Positions 1 to 13,764 of a stretch of DNA of 64,000 nucleotides are shown here, in pieces. The notes beneath the pieces are model-generated. The model ran no database searches. It had not been told where the DNA came from and saw nothing but the letters and a program-made list of their open reading frames with translations. Numbering within the stretch: the stretch's first letter is position 1; every line of letters starts with the position of its first letter. The DNA comes from Eledone cirrhosa (Eukaryota), in NCBI GenBank assembly GCA_964016885.1, contig OZ024752.1:30442001-30506000 (forward strand), written 5' to 3'. Both the position numbers and the translations under genes were made by a program.

Positions 1-3000
1 GTTGTTGTGTATGTATAGTTTTGAGACCTATGTCTCTGTATGTCTATACTTCTGTCTATGTGTATGTATAGTTTTGAGACCTATGTGTCTGTATGTCTAT
101 ACTTCTGTTGTTGTGTATGTATAGTTTTGAGACCTATGTGTCTGTATGTCTATACTTCTGTTGTTGTGTATGTATAGTTTTGAGACCTATGTGTCTGTAT
201 GTCTATACTTCTGTCTTTGTGTATGTATAGTTTTGAGACCTATGTGTCTGTATGTCAATACTTCTGTTGTTGTGTATGTATAGTTTTGAGACCTATGTCT
301 CTGTATGTCTATACTTCTGTCTATGTGTATGTATAGTTTTGAGACCTATGTGTCTGTATGTCTATACTTCTGTTGTTGTGTATGTATAGTTTTGAGACCT
401 ATGTGTCTGTATGTCTATACTTCTGTTGTTGTGTATGTATAGTTTTGAGACCTATGTGTCTGTATGTCTATACTTCTGTCTATGTGTATGTATAGTTTTG
501 AGACCTATGTGTCTGTATGTCTATACTTCTGTTGTTGTGTATGTATAGTTTTGAGACTTGTTTGTCTGTATGTCTATACTTCTGTTGTTGTGTATGTATA
601 GTTTTGAGACCTATGTGTCTGTATGTCTATACTTCTGTTGTTGTGTATGTATAGTTTTGAGACCTATGTGTCTGTATGTCTATACTTCTGTTGTTGTGTA
701 TGTATAGTTTTGAGACTTGTGTGTCTGTATGTCTATACTTCTGTTGTTGTGTATGTATAGTTTTGAGACCTATGTGTCTGTATGTCTATACTTCTGTTGT
801 TGTGTATGTATAGTTTTGAGACCTATGTGTCTGTATGTCTATACTTCTGTTGTTGTGTATGTATAGTTTTGAGACCTATGTGTCTGTATGTCTATACTTC
901 TGTTGTTGTGTATGTATAGTTTTGAGACCTATGTGTCTGTATGTCTATACTTCTGTTGTTGTGTATGTATAGTTTTGAGACTTGTGTGTCTGTATGTCTA
1001 TACTTCTGTCTATGTGTATGTATAGTTTTGAGACTTGTGTGTCTGTATGTCTATACTTCTGTCTATGTGTATGTATAGTTTTGAGACCTATGTGTCTGTG
1101 TGTCTATACTTCTGTTGTTGTGTATGTATAGTTTTGAGACCTATGTGTCTGTATGTCTATACTTCTGTTGTTGTGTATGTATAGTTTTGAGACCTATGTG
1201 TCTGTATGTCTATACTTCTGTTGTTGTGTATGTATAGTTTTGAGACCTATGTGTCTGTATGTCTATACTTCTGTTGTTGTGTATGTATAGTTTTGAGACC
1301 TATGTGTCTGTATGTCTATACTTCTGTCTTTGTGTATGTATAGTTTTGAGACCTATGTGTCTGTATGTCTATACTTCTGTTGTTGTGTATGTATAGTTTT
1401 GAGACAAGTGTGTCTGTATGTCTATACTTCTGTCTTTGTGTATGTATAGTTTTGAGACCTATGTGTCTGTATGTCTATACTTCTGTTGTTGTGTATGTAT
1501 AGTTTTGAGACCTATGTGTCTGTATGTCTATACTTCTGTTGTTGTGTATGTATAGTTTTGAGACCTATGTGTCTGTATGTCTATACTTCTGTTGTTGTGT
1601 ATGTATAGTTTTGAGACCTATGTGTCTGTATGTCTATACTTCTGTTGTTGTGTATGTATAGTTTTGAGACCTATGTGTCTGTATGTCTATACTTCTGTCT
1701 ATGTGTATGTATAGTTTTGAGACCTATGTGTCTGTATGTCTATACTTCTGTTGTTGTGTATGTATAGTTTTGAGACCTATGTGTCTGTATGTCTATACTT
1801 CTGTTGTTGTGTATGTATAGTTTTGAGACCTATGTGTCTGTATGTCTATACTTCTGTTGTTGTGTATGTATAGTTTTGAGACCTATGTGTCTGTATGTCT
1901 ATACTTCTGTTGTTGTGTATGTATAGTTTTGAGACTTGTGTGTCTGTATGTCTATACTTCTGTCTATGTGTATGTATAGTTTTGAGACCTATGTGTCTGT
2001 GTGTCTATACTTCTGTTGTTGTGTATGTATAGTTTTGAGACCTATGTGTCTGTATGTCTATACTTCTGTTGTTGTGTATGTATAGTTTTGAGACCTATGT
2101 GTCTATGTCTATACTTCTGTTGTTGTGTATGTATAGTTTTGAGACCTATGTGTCTGTATGTCTATACTTCTGTTGTTGTGTATGTATAGTTTTGAGACCT
2201 ATGTGTCTGTATGTCTATACTTCTGTCTTTGTGTATGTATAGTTTTGAGACCTATGTGTCTGTATGTCTATACTTCTGTCTTTGTATATGTATAGTTTTG
2301 AGACCTATGTGTCTGTATGTCTATACTTCTGTTGTTGTGTGTGTATAGTTTTGAGACCTATGTGTCTGTATGTCTATACTTCTGTCTATGTGTATGTATA
2401 GTTTTGAGACCTATGTGTCTGTATGTCTATACTTCTGTTGTTGTGTATGTATAGTTTTGAGACTTGTTTGTCTGTATGTCTATACTTCTGTTGTTGTGTA
2501 TGTATAGTTTTGAGACCTATGTGTCTGTATGTCTATACTTCTGTCTTTGTGTATGTATAGTTTTGAGACCTATGTGTCTGTATGTCTATACTTCTGTCTT
2601 TGTGTATGTATAGTTTTGAGACTTGTGTGTCTGTAAGTCTATACTTCTGTTGTTGTGTATGTATAGTTTTGAGACTTGTGTGTCTGTATGTCTATACTTC
2701 TGTTGTTGTGTATGTATAGTTTTGAGACCTATGTGTCTGTATGTCTATACTTCTGTTGTTGTGTATGTATAGTTTTGAGACCTATGTGTCTGTATGTCTA
2801 TACTTCTGTCTTTGTGTATGTATAGTTTTGAGACCTATGTGTCTGTATGTCTATACTTCTGTCTTTGTGTATGTATAGTTTTGAGACCTATGTGTCTGTA
2901 TGTCTATACTTCTGTTGTTGTGTATGTATAGTTTTGAGACCTATGTGTCTGTATGTCTATACTTCTGTCTTTGTGTATGTATAGTTTTGAGACCTATGTG

Positions 3001-4115
3001 TCTGTATGTCTATACTTCTGTCTTTGTGTATGTATAGTTTTGAGACCTATGTGTCTGTATGTCTATACTTCTGTCTTTGTGTATGTATAGTTTTGAGACC
3101 TATGTGTCTGTATGTCTATACTTCTGTCTATGTGTATGTATAGTTTTGAGACCTATGTGTCTGTATGTCTATACTTCTGTCTATGTGTATGTATAGTTTT
3201 GAGACTTGTGTGTCTGTAAGTCTATACTTCTGTCTATGTGTATGTATAGTTTTGAGACTTGTGTGTCCGTGTGTCTATACTTCTGTTGTTGTGTATGTAT
3301 AGTTTTGAGACCTATGTGTCTGTATGTCTATACTTCTGTTGTTGTGTATGTATAGTTTTGAGACCTATGTGTCTGTATGTCTATACTTCTGTTGTTGTGT
3401 ATGTATAGTTTTGAGACCTATGTGTCTGTATGTCTATACTTCTGTTGTTGTGTATGTATAGTTTTGAGACCTATGTGTCTGTATGTCTATACTTCTGTTG
3501 TTGTGTATGTATAGTTTTGAGACCTATGTGTCTGTATGTCTATACTTCTGTTGTTGTGTATGTATAGTTTTGAGACCTATGTGTCTGTGTGTCTATACTT
3601 CTGTCTTTGTGTATGTATAGTTTTGAGACCTATGTGTCTGTATGTCTATACTTCTGTCTATGTGTATGTATAGTTTTGAGACCTATGTGTCTGTATGTCT
3701 ATACTTCTGTTGTTGTGTATGTATAGTTTTGAGACCTATGTGTCTGTATGTCTATACTTCTGTTGTTGTGTATGTATAGTTTTGAGACTTGTGTGTCTGT
3801 ATGTCTATACTTCTGTTGTTGTGTATGTATAGTTTTGAGACCTATGGCCTTTGTGTAAATATAGTTTTGCGATGTATGTGTCTATGCCTATACCTCTGCC
3901 TTTGTTTATGTATAGTTTTGAGATCTATGCATGTGTCTGTGTGTCTATACTTCTGTTTTTGAGTATGTATAACTTTGAGACCTATGGTCTTTGTGTATAT
4001 ATATAGTTTTGAGACGTCTGTGTCTATACCTGTGCCTTTCATTCTTTATAGTGTTGAGACTTGTGTCTTTCTTTGTTTATGTATAGTTTGGAAACTTATG
4101 TGTCTGTCTGTACTT
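1..4115. repeat. 53-bp minisatellite (intronic), runs off the window start
   Basis: Unit gtatgtatagttttgagacctatgtgtctgtatgtctatacttctgttgttgt repeated head-to-tail (~72 copies) to ~3845, then degenerate copies to ~4115. Confidence 0.97.
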
Positions 4116-4252
4116 CTTTAGTGTTGCATTTATCAAAGGAAGCAAATATTTTGTTGCAGTTTTAAGAATTTAATTACTTTTAAAACTTTAAATATTTTAA
4201 AATTCATTTTATGATCTTATTTAAAGTTCATTTTTTATTTTCACTTCTCTAG

Positions 4253-4370
4253 TGAGTCATTCTTTTGGATATGGTTTGATGGATGCTGCTGAAATGGTAT
4301 CTTTAGCCAAAAACTGGACCACTGTGCCAAAACAACAAGTATGTGAAATACGTTATCCTGAAAAAAGCAG
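4253..4370 (+). CDS. furin: Furin-like proprotein convertase, internal exon (end of subtilase catalytic domain)
   Basis: Acceptor ttttcacttctctag (AG 4251-4252), donor gtaaat at 4371; 118 bp, phase 1 to phase 2. Translates (V)SHSFGYGLMDAAEMVSLAKNWTTVPKQQVCEIRYPEKS(R), matching the furin segment VSHSYGYGLLDAGAMVALAQNWTTV. Not in the ORF track. Confidence 0.93.
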
Positions 4371-4489
4371 GTAAATACAGTTTTTAAATAAAAAATATAT
4401 TGGTTTTAAATTTTTGTTTTATTTCTTTAAAATTAATTAATACTTCAAAAAATATAATTGTTGATCTCTTTTATTTCCTTTTGCCAAAG

Positions 4490-7400
4490 AATATATATGA
4501 TCTTCACTTCTCCCGTAAAATAATATATACAGTCGTCACCTCTCCTTAAAATAATATATACTGTCTTCACCTCTCCTTAAAATAATATATACAGTCTTCA
4601 CCTCTCCTTAAAATAATATATACAGACTTCACCACTCCTTAAAATAATATATACAGTCTTCACCTCTCCTTAAAATAATATATACAGTCTTCACCTCTCC
4701 TTAAAATAATATATACAGTCTTCACCACTCCTTAAAATAATATATACAGTCTTCACCTCTCTTTAAAATAATATATACAGTCTTCACCTCTCTTTAAAAT
4801 AATATATACAGTCTTCACCTCTCCTTAAAATAATATATACAGTCTTCACCACTCCTTAAAATAATATATACAGTCTTCACCTCTCTTTAAAATAATATAT
4901 ACAGTCTTCACCACTCCTTAAAATAATATATACAGTCTTCACCTCTCTTTAAAATAATATATACAGTCTTCACCACTCCTTAAAATAATATATACAGTCT
5001 TCACCTCTCTTTAAAATAATATATACAGTCTTCACCTCTCCTTAAAATAATATATACAGTCTTCACCTCTCTTTAAAATAATATATACAGTCTTCACCTC
5101 TCCTTAAAATAATATATACAGACTTCACCACTCCTTAAAATAATATATACAGTCTTCACCTCTCCTTAAAATAATATATACAGTCTTCACCTCTCCTTAA
5201 AATAATATATACAGTCTTCACCTCTCTTTAAAATAATATATACAGTCTTCACCTCTCCTTAAAATAATATATACAGTCTTCACCACTCCTTAAAATAATA
5301 TATACAGTCTTCACCACTCCTTAAAATAATATATACAGTCTTCACCTCTCTTTAAAATAATATATACAGTCTTCACCTCTCCTTAAAATAATATATACAG
5401 TCTTCACCTCTCCTTAAAATAATATATACAGTCTTCACCTCTCCTTAAAATAATATATACAGTCTTCACCTCTCCTTAAAATAATATATACAGTCTTCAC
5501 CTCTCTTTAAAATAATATATACAGTCTTCACCTCTCCTTAAAATAATATATACAGTCTTCACCACTCCTTAAAATAATATATACAGTCTTCACCTCTCTT
5601 TAAAATAATATATACAGTCTTCACCTCTCCTTAAAATAATATATACAGTCTTCACCTCTCTTTAAAATAATATATACAGTCTTCACCTCTCCTTAAAATA
5701 ATATATACAGACTTCACCACTCCTTAAAATAATATATACAGTCTTCACCTCTCCTTAAAATAATATATACAGTCTTCACCTCTCCTTAAAATAATATATA
5801 CAGTCTTCACCTCTCTTTAAAATAATATATACAGTCTTCACCTCTCTTTAAAATAATATATACAGTCTTCACCTCTCCTTAAAATAATATATACAGACTT
5901 CACCACTCCTTAAAATAATATATACAGTCTTCACCTCTCCTTAAAATAATATATACAGTCTTCACCTCTCCTTAAAATAATATATACAGTCTTCACGTCT
6001 CCTTAAAATAATATATACAGACTTCACCACTCCTTAAAATAATATATACAGTCTTCACCTCTCCTTAAAATAATATATACAGTCTTCACCTCTCCTTAAA
6101 ATAATATATACAGTCTTCACCTCTCTTTAAAATAATATATACAGTCTTCACCTCTCCTTAAAATAATATATACAGTCTTCACCACTCCTTAAAATAATAT
6201 ATACAGTCTTCACCACTCCTTAAAATAATATAGACAGTCTTCACCACTCCTTAAAATAATATAGACAGTCTTCACCTCTCTTTAAAATAATATATACAGT
6301 CTTCACCTCTCCTTAAAATAATATATACAGACTTCACCACTCCTTAAAATAATATATACAGTCTTCACCTCTCCTTAAAATAATATATACAGTCTTCACC
6401 TCTCCTTAAAATAATATATACAGTCTTCACCTCTCCTTAAAATAATATATAGTCTTCACCACTCCTTAAAATAATATATACAGACTTCACCTCTCCTTAA
6501 AATAATATATACAGACTTCACCTCTCCTTAAAATAATATATACAGTCTTCACCTCTCCTTAAAATAATATATACAGTCTTCACCTCTCCTTAAAATAATA
6601 TATACAGACTTCACCTCTCCTTAAAATAATATATACAGACTTCACCTCTCCTTAAAATAATATATACAGACTTCACCACTCCTTAAAATAATATATACAG
6701 ACTTCACCTCTCCTTAAAATAATATATACAGACTTCACCTCTCCTTAAAATAATATATACAGTCTTCACCTCTCCTTAAAATAATATATACAGACTTCAC
6801 CTCTCCTTAAAATAATATATACAGTCTTCACCTCTCCTTAAAATAATATATACAGACTTCACCTCTCCTTAAAATAATATATACAGTCTTCACCACTCCT
6901 TAAAATAATATATACAGACTTCACCTCTCCTTAAAATAATATATACAGACTTCACCTCTCCTTAAAATAATATATACAGACTTCACCACTCCTTAAAATA
7001 ATATATACAGTCTTCACCTCTCTTTAAAATAATATATACAGACTTCACCACTCCTTAAAATAATATATACAGTCTTCACCTCTCTTTAAAATAATATATA
7101 CAGTCTTCACCTCTCCTTAAAATAATATATACAGACTTCACCACTCCTTAAAATAATATATACAGTCTTCACCTCTCCTTAAAATAATATATACAGTCTT
7201 CACCACTCCTTAAAATAATATATAGTCTTCACCTTTCCTTAAAATAATATATACAGTCTTCACCACTCCTTAAAATAATATATACAGTCTTCACCTCTCC
7301 TTAAAATAATATATATAGTCTTCACCTTTCCTTAAAATAATATATTCAGTCTTCACCACTCCTTAAAATAATATATACTGTCTTCACCTCTCCTTAAAAT

Positions 7401-9417
7401 AATATATATAGTCTTCACCTTTCCTTAAAATAATATATTCAGTCTTCACCACTCCTTAAAATAATATATACAGTCTTCACCTCTCCTTAAAATAATATAT
7501 ACAGTCTTCACCACTCCTTAAAATAATATATACAGTCTTCACCACTCCTTAAAATAATATATACAGTCTTCACCACTCCTTAAAATAATATATACAGACT
7601 TCACCACTCCTTAAAATAATATATACAGTCTTCACCACTCCTCAAAATAATATATACAGTCTTCACCTCTCTTTAAAATAATATATACAGTCTTCACCTC
7701 TCCTTAAAATAATATATACAGTCTTCACCTCTCTTTAAAATAATATATACAGTCTTCACCTCTCTTTAAAATAATATATACAGTCTTCACCACTCCTTAA
7801 AATAATAGATACAGTCTTCACCACTCCTTAAAATAATATATACAGACTTCACCACTCCTTAAAATAATATATACAGTCTTCACCACTCCTTAAAATAATA
7901 TATACAGACTTCACCACTCCTTAAAATAATATATACAGTCTTCACCACTCCTTAAAATAATATATACAGTCTTCACCACTCCTTAAAATAATATATACAG
8001 TCTTCACCACTCCTTAAAATAATATATACAGACTTCACCACTCCTTAAAATAATATATACAGACTTCACCACTCCTTAAAATAATATATACAGTCTTCAC
8101 CTCTCTTTAAAATAATATATACAGACTTCACCACTCCTTAAAATAATATATACAGTCTTCACCACTCCTTAAAATAATATATACAGTCTTCACCTCTCCT
8201 TAAAATAATATATACTGTCTTCACCACTCCTTAAAATAATATATACAGTCTTCACCTCTCCTTAAAATAATATATACTGTCTTCACCACTCTTTAAAATA
8301 ATATATACAGACTTCACCACTCCTTAAAATAATATATACAGACTTCACCACTCCTTAAAATAATATATACAGTCTTCACCTCTCTTTAAAATAATATATA
8401 CAGACTTCACCACTCCTTAAAATAATATATACAGTCTTCACCACTCCTTAAAATAATATATACAGTCTTCACCTCTCCTTAAAATAATATATACTGTCTT
8501 CACCACTCCTTAAAATAATATATACAGTCTTCACCTCTCCTTAAAATAATATATACTGTCTTCACCACTCCTTAAAATAATATATACAGTCTTCACCACT
8601 CCTTAAAATAATATATACAGACTTCACCACTCCTTAAAATAATATATACAGACTTCACCACTCCTTAAAATAATATATACAGTCTTCACCTCTCCTTAAA
8701 ATAATATATACAGACTTCACCACTCCTTAAAATAATATATACAGTCTTCACCACTCCTTAAAATAATATATACAGTCTTCACCTCTCCTTAAAATAATAT
8801 ATACTGTCTTCACCACTCCTTAAAATAATATATACAGTCTTCACCACTCCTTAAAATAATATATACAGTCTTCACCTCTCCTTAAAATAATATATACAGT
8901 CTTCACCTCTCCTTAAAATAATATATACAGACTTCACCACTCCTTAAAATAATATATACAGTCTTCACCTCTCCTTAAAATAATATATACAGTCTTCACC
9001 TCTCCTTAAAATAATATATACAGACTTCACCTCTCCTTAAAATAATATATACAGACTTCACCACTCCTTAAAATAATATATACAGTCTTCACCACTCCTT
9101 AAAATAATATATACAGTCTTCACCTCTCCTTAAAATAATATATACTGTCTTCACCACTCCTTAAAATAATATATACAGTCTTCACCACTCCTTAAAATAA
9201 TATATACAGTCTTCACCTCTCCTTAAAATAATATATACAGTCTTCACCTCTCCTTAAAATAATATATACTGTCTTCACCTCTCTTTAAAATAATATATAC
9301 AGTCTTCACCTCTCCTTAAAATAATATATACTGTCTTCACCTCTCCTTAAAATAATATATACAGTCTTCACCTCTCCTTAAAATAATATATACAGTCTTC
9401 ACCTCTCCTTAAAATAA
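4490..9417. repeat. 31-bp minisatellite (intronic), ~159 copies
   Basis: Unit aaaataatatatacagtcttcacctctcctt with recurrent variants (cagac/cagtc/ctgtc, ccact/cctct, cctt/cttt). Confidence 0.97.
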
Positions 9418-9530
9418 TTGTTTCTACTTTAGGCACAAGGCCAGCAATTATCCAGTGCATTACTGGTACTTTATTTTATCGACCCCGTAAGGATGAAAGG
9501 CAAAGTCAACCTCGGCGGGATTTGAACTCA
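9415..9530 (-). mobile_element. 5'-truncated tRNA-derived SINE (Nin-domain-like family) inserted in the last minisatellite unit
   Basis: Reverse complement reads tgagttcaaatcccgccgaggttgactttgcctttcatccttacggggtcgataaaataaagtaccag...gtagaaacaattatt, near-identical to copies at 25291, 45632 and 54041. Confidence 0.9.
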
Positions 9531-9654
9531 ATATATACAGTCTTCAGAGTTTTTACAGTGATAATATTGATAAACAATCGTAGTAATTGGTGACAATAAA
9601 GCCAGTCACAAATGGACTGCATTCAAATAACTAAACACAGCATAGTAGAATACA

Positions 9655-10015
9655 GTTTACAAGATACACACACACACACTCACTGGCCCCACTTCATCAT
9701 TCCTTCTTTTACACCCAAAATACACACACACTGACTGGCCCCACCTCATCATTTCTTCTTTTACACCCAAGATACACACACGCACACTGACTGGTGCCAC
9801 CTCATCATTCCTTGTTTTACACCCAAGATACACACACACACACACTGTGACTGGCCCCACCTCATCAATCCTTCTTTTACACCCAAGATACAAACACACA
9901 CTCACTGACAGGCTCCACCTCATCATTCCTTCTTTTACACCCAAGATACACACACACAGACACACACACTCACTGACACGCTCCACCTCATCATTCCTCC
10001 TTCTTTTACACTCTC
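9655..10015. repeat. Degenerate ~55-65 bp tandem repeat with embedded (CA)n
   Basis: About 6 copies of cttttacacccaagata(ca)n ctgactggccccacctcatcattcctt. Confidence 0.85.
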
Positions 10016-10183
10016 CTGTCTTTCAACTAATTTCACACATTTCTTTCAGCATCCATTTCATCTAATTGTGGATCGAGAATGGCAGCACTTCTTTTTATGT
10101 TTGTTTTCATGTTTTTATTTATTTTTCCATCTTTTTACTTTTATGTTTATTTTTTTATTGATTTTTATACTTAGTTTTTATAT

Positions 10184-10218
<35 letters not shown>

Positions 10219-10530
10219 TGATATTTTGCACTTGAAAGATTGGCCAGTTGGATGTCAGTTCCATCTTCATTATTTTTTTCCTTTGTATTTTGTTTTTGTT
10301 GGTGTTTTTAAAGTTGTTCTACAGGAGATATCAATTAAAACCTCTTTTACGACAAACTGGTTTTAAACTAGACTTTAGTTTGTATACATCTGAGGAATTG
10401 ATGTTTGAAGAGTCAAGCGATATACTTAAATACTTATGTAATCCAGAGTGGTTGTCAGATTGATCTTTGTTAAAACAATTATGTAATAAACAAATGTTAC
10501 ATTGATCTCTTTCTTTTGATTTTTATATAT

Positions 10531-10685
10531 ATCATCATCATCACTGTTTAACGTCTATTTTTTCCATACTTGCATGGATTGGATGGGTCGTCCACATTAT
10601 GAGACAAGTCTGGCCAGTTAGCCAGCCGTACCTTGCTACAACGGAACTGTATTTTAGCTGGGTGTCCTTCCTAGCACCAACCACG
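10531..10685 (-). mobile_element. SINE fragment with RTE-type tail
   Basis: Reverse strand ends ccatgcaagtatggaaaaatagacgttaaacagtgatgatgatgat; carries the gctaggaaggacacccagct motif of the RTE-tailed SINE family. Confidence 0.7.
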
Positions 10686-11167
10686 CTTATATTCATACAT
10701 ACCCACAACATATATGTATAGTTATAAACATAAGTACAAACAGTTATAAATCTATTAGTATTCTTTTACTCAGACCCTTAACCCACCTCCACTAACACTT
10801 GTTTCCCATCCTTCTTCTCCTCCTCCTCCTTTATTTTTCACTGTTATACTTTTTCCTCACTTTCTCTAATTCCATTTTATTTATTTAAACCACAGTTGTC
10901 ACCTCATCTCTCTATTGAAAGGTTCTGTTTGAAATAAACTTATCTTCTTCCTCATGGCATCAAATTAATTCCACTCTTTGTACTATTTATACTACTATTT
11001 CTTGACACATAACATGTCTAATTACCTCAGATTCTTGTGTGTGTGTGTTTTTTTTTTAATTATATATTATACCTGACAATAACCAGGAGCAAAGCTGTTT
11101 ATATGTTTTGCTGTCTTATAACAAGATTACTCTGTCTAGTTGACTATTTTCTCTATGTTATTTGCAG

Positions 11168-11469
11168 AGTTGTCCCTCCAAATAGCAGAGTGACTGCTGC
11201 TCTTTATTCTACCGGCTGTGAAGGAAGAAATAACCATGTCAAATATTTAGAACATGTGCAGGCACGTGTTACACTAACATCAGACCGTCGAGGAGAAATA
11301 CAAATTTTCTTAACTTCACCTATGGGAACAAGATCAACATTGCTTGCTCGAAGAACAAGAGATACTTCACAAGATGGATTTAGCAATTGGGCTTTCATGA
11401 CAACACATAATTGGGGAGAGTTTGCAAAAGGAACTTGGATGCTAGAAATTGAGAATGGAGCAAGTGCAT
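11168..11469 (+). CDS. furin: Furin-like proprotein convertase, P-domain exon
   Basis: Acceptor tttgcag (11161-11167), donor gtaagt at 11470; 302 bp, phase 2 (AG+A gives Arg with the previous exon) to phase 1. Translates VVPPNSRVTAALYSTGCEGRNNHVKYLEHVQARVTLTSDRRGEIQIFLTSPMGTRSTLLARRTRDTSQDGFSNWAFMTTHNWGEFAKGTWMLEIENGASA, a typical convertase P domain (LEHVQ, SPxGTRSxLL, WxFMTTHxWGE). Confidence 0.95.
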
Positions 11470-13764
11470 GTAAGTTAACACATTTTCTTTCTTTTTGTTT
11501 TTTTTTGTTGTTTTTTTTTACCAAACTCCTACACTAGAAGATTTTGACAGCAGTCTTCCTAGAAAACTTTCCATAAGTCTGGTACCTGAGCAATATATTT
11601 CTAGTTTTTATACATAATCTAAAGCTTTCAACCTGTTTTATATACTGAAGGACAAGACAGAAACATTTTTATACTGTCTTCTTTTAAAGTAGGAAAATGA
11701 CATTGTTTTATAATTGGACTCAGTATATAATAGTTGGGCATTTTTAATTTAACAGTTTTAAGGTAGAGTATTTTGTGTTTTTCAATTTATTTTACTTGTT
11801 CTTTGCTTTTAAGGGATGTTTTTTTTTTTCTTTCAAATTGTTTTGCTACTTTTCTCTTGCTCGATGAACTTAATATTAAACAAGGCCTGAAAGCTTGTAG
11901 TTTTTATGACTTTTTAAAAATTCTAATAGAATTATTTAGCTTAATAATTTTTATTTTGAATGTTATAGCTTTCAGCACTTAAGATAAACATTTTTTTTAA
12001 AAACTGCACCATTAATAGGAAATAGATTTGAAACTTTGCTACACTGATTTTTATTCGCCTGAAAAACTATTTATTATTTATATAATTTACTGTAATCAGC
12101 CAATGACAAGGTATTTAGCCAGTATTTACACCCTTATTTTGTTTTTAAACTCCAATATAAACCCTCAGTTTATTGACTGGAAGTTAGCAATATTTATTGA
12201 AACTTCAACCAGGGGAATCATTTTTCTATCCATTGAAATATTGTTTACTATTATGTTGATTATGAAATAGATTATTATTAAATCTTAATTCTGTCAAACT
12301 CTATTTTGTTTTGAAATTGGTTTATATAACTCTATATTGTTTGGAAAGTGGTTTATATTTCTTTAACTATTTTGCCCAAGATAGTTTTCAGTTTTAAAAA
12401 AAAAAAAAATTAAAATTCCATTTTTTCATTTCATCTATCTCTTGTTATGAATGTGTAAAAGACATTGCTTTCTGATGCTAGTCAGGAGAGTGATTATCAA
12501 TTTCACTTTCCAATTATTAAAAAATGATTTTTTTTTTTTTAATGATTAGCTTTTAAATATTTTAATCAAGCAATCATTGATCTATTCTAAATGTTATGAA
12601 GACTAAGTTTTGTAATTTATCACAAATTTCAGATATTTGTATAGATTTCAGATATTTAATCAGGTTTTATATTTTTTTGTATAAAGTAAATTTCATTATA
12701 TTTACTACATTGTATTTAGATTGAAACAAATAAATCTAGTAGTAAAAATATGACATTATTATTGATAGTAGTTGGATATAAAAGTTAGAAATACTTTTCT
12801 CATCTAAGAGTTTTAGGGATAATTCAATAAGTGTATTATTTCAGTTTATTCTTGATGATGTATTCAACTGATGTTGAAACAGTTTGACTGTTTAGGTAGC
12901 TTTAAATTTAAAATGCATATATAAATGTCATTTTATATTTAGCAAGCAAATTACCAGGGCCAACTGAATCAAATATTTTTGTAAGGAGGAGTTTGATGTG
13001 TTTTGGTGAAAAATGAAAGACTTGTGTAATATACTGGCCTCCCATGCCATCGTGCCACCTCTGAGGCTGTGTCCCACTAGTGCTTTAGAGACCAGAAGCA
13101 GTCATTAATAACAAGGGGGTACAAGCTCTCCTATCCCAATATCATCTCCAGAGACTGTGTTATTGAAATCCAGGGTAGATCAATTGTTGAGTCGATTTTG
13201 GCTGAGGCCACCAGATGATGAATAATATAGGAATATTTAACACTTATAATAATAGTGCTGTGTGATATTCTTGAATAAAGGATATTATTAAGAACCTATT
13301 CTGCATTAGGCAGATAAAAGCAACATGTGGATTTGGTTTTAAATAAGATCTAGGTGAGAGAGTTATCATTTGAGATAGCTTTTGTAGATGGATCTAGAAT
13401 CAATGGTAATATATATATAAGATATTAGTTTAACAATGATAATAACAAAGGCAAATTATTTTACACACATATATATATCTGTATATATATATATATATTA
13501 TATTATATTTCAGTATGTGATCACATGTTTATAATTTAGTACTATGTTAAATTTAATCTGGTTGGTTATTGTTATGATCCCAAATAAGTTTGACAAGATA
13601 ATGATGACAACTGATAAAGGGGCCAGTTGATTCCCTAATCAGACAAGTCTAACCATCACAGTGTTTTACTGAAACTGTTTTAAAGCTGTTGGTGTTGTAA
13701 ACATTGAATATACTTCCACTAGCTGTTCTATATTATTTTATATTACAATTTAATGTTTGTTAAT

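Noticed and set aside
1-9417. CRISPR-like regular arrays
   Set aside because: Units are head-to-tail without unique spacers, no cas genes, eukaryotic intron context
11037-11537. 166-aa ORF as a standalone gene
   Set aside because: Only 11168-11469 is exon; the flanks are intron read-through bounded by canonical splice sites
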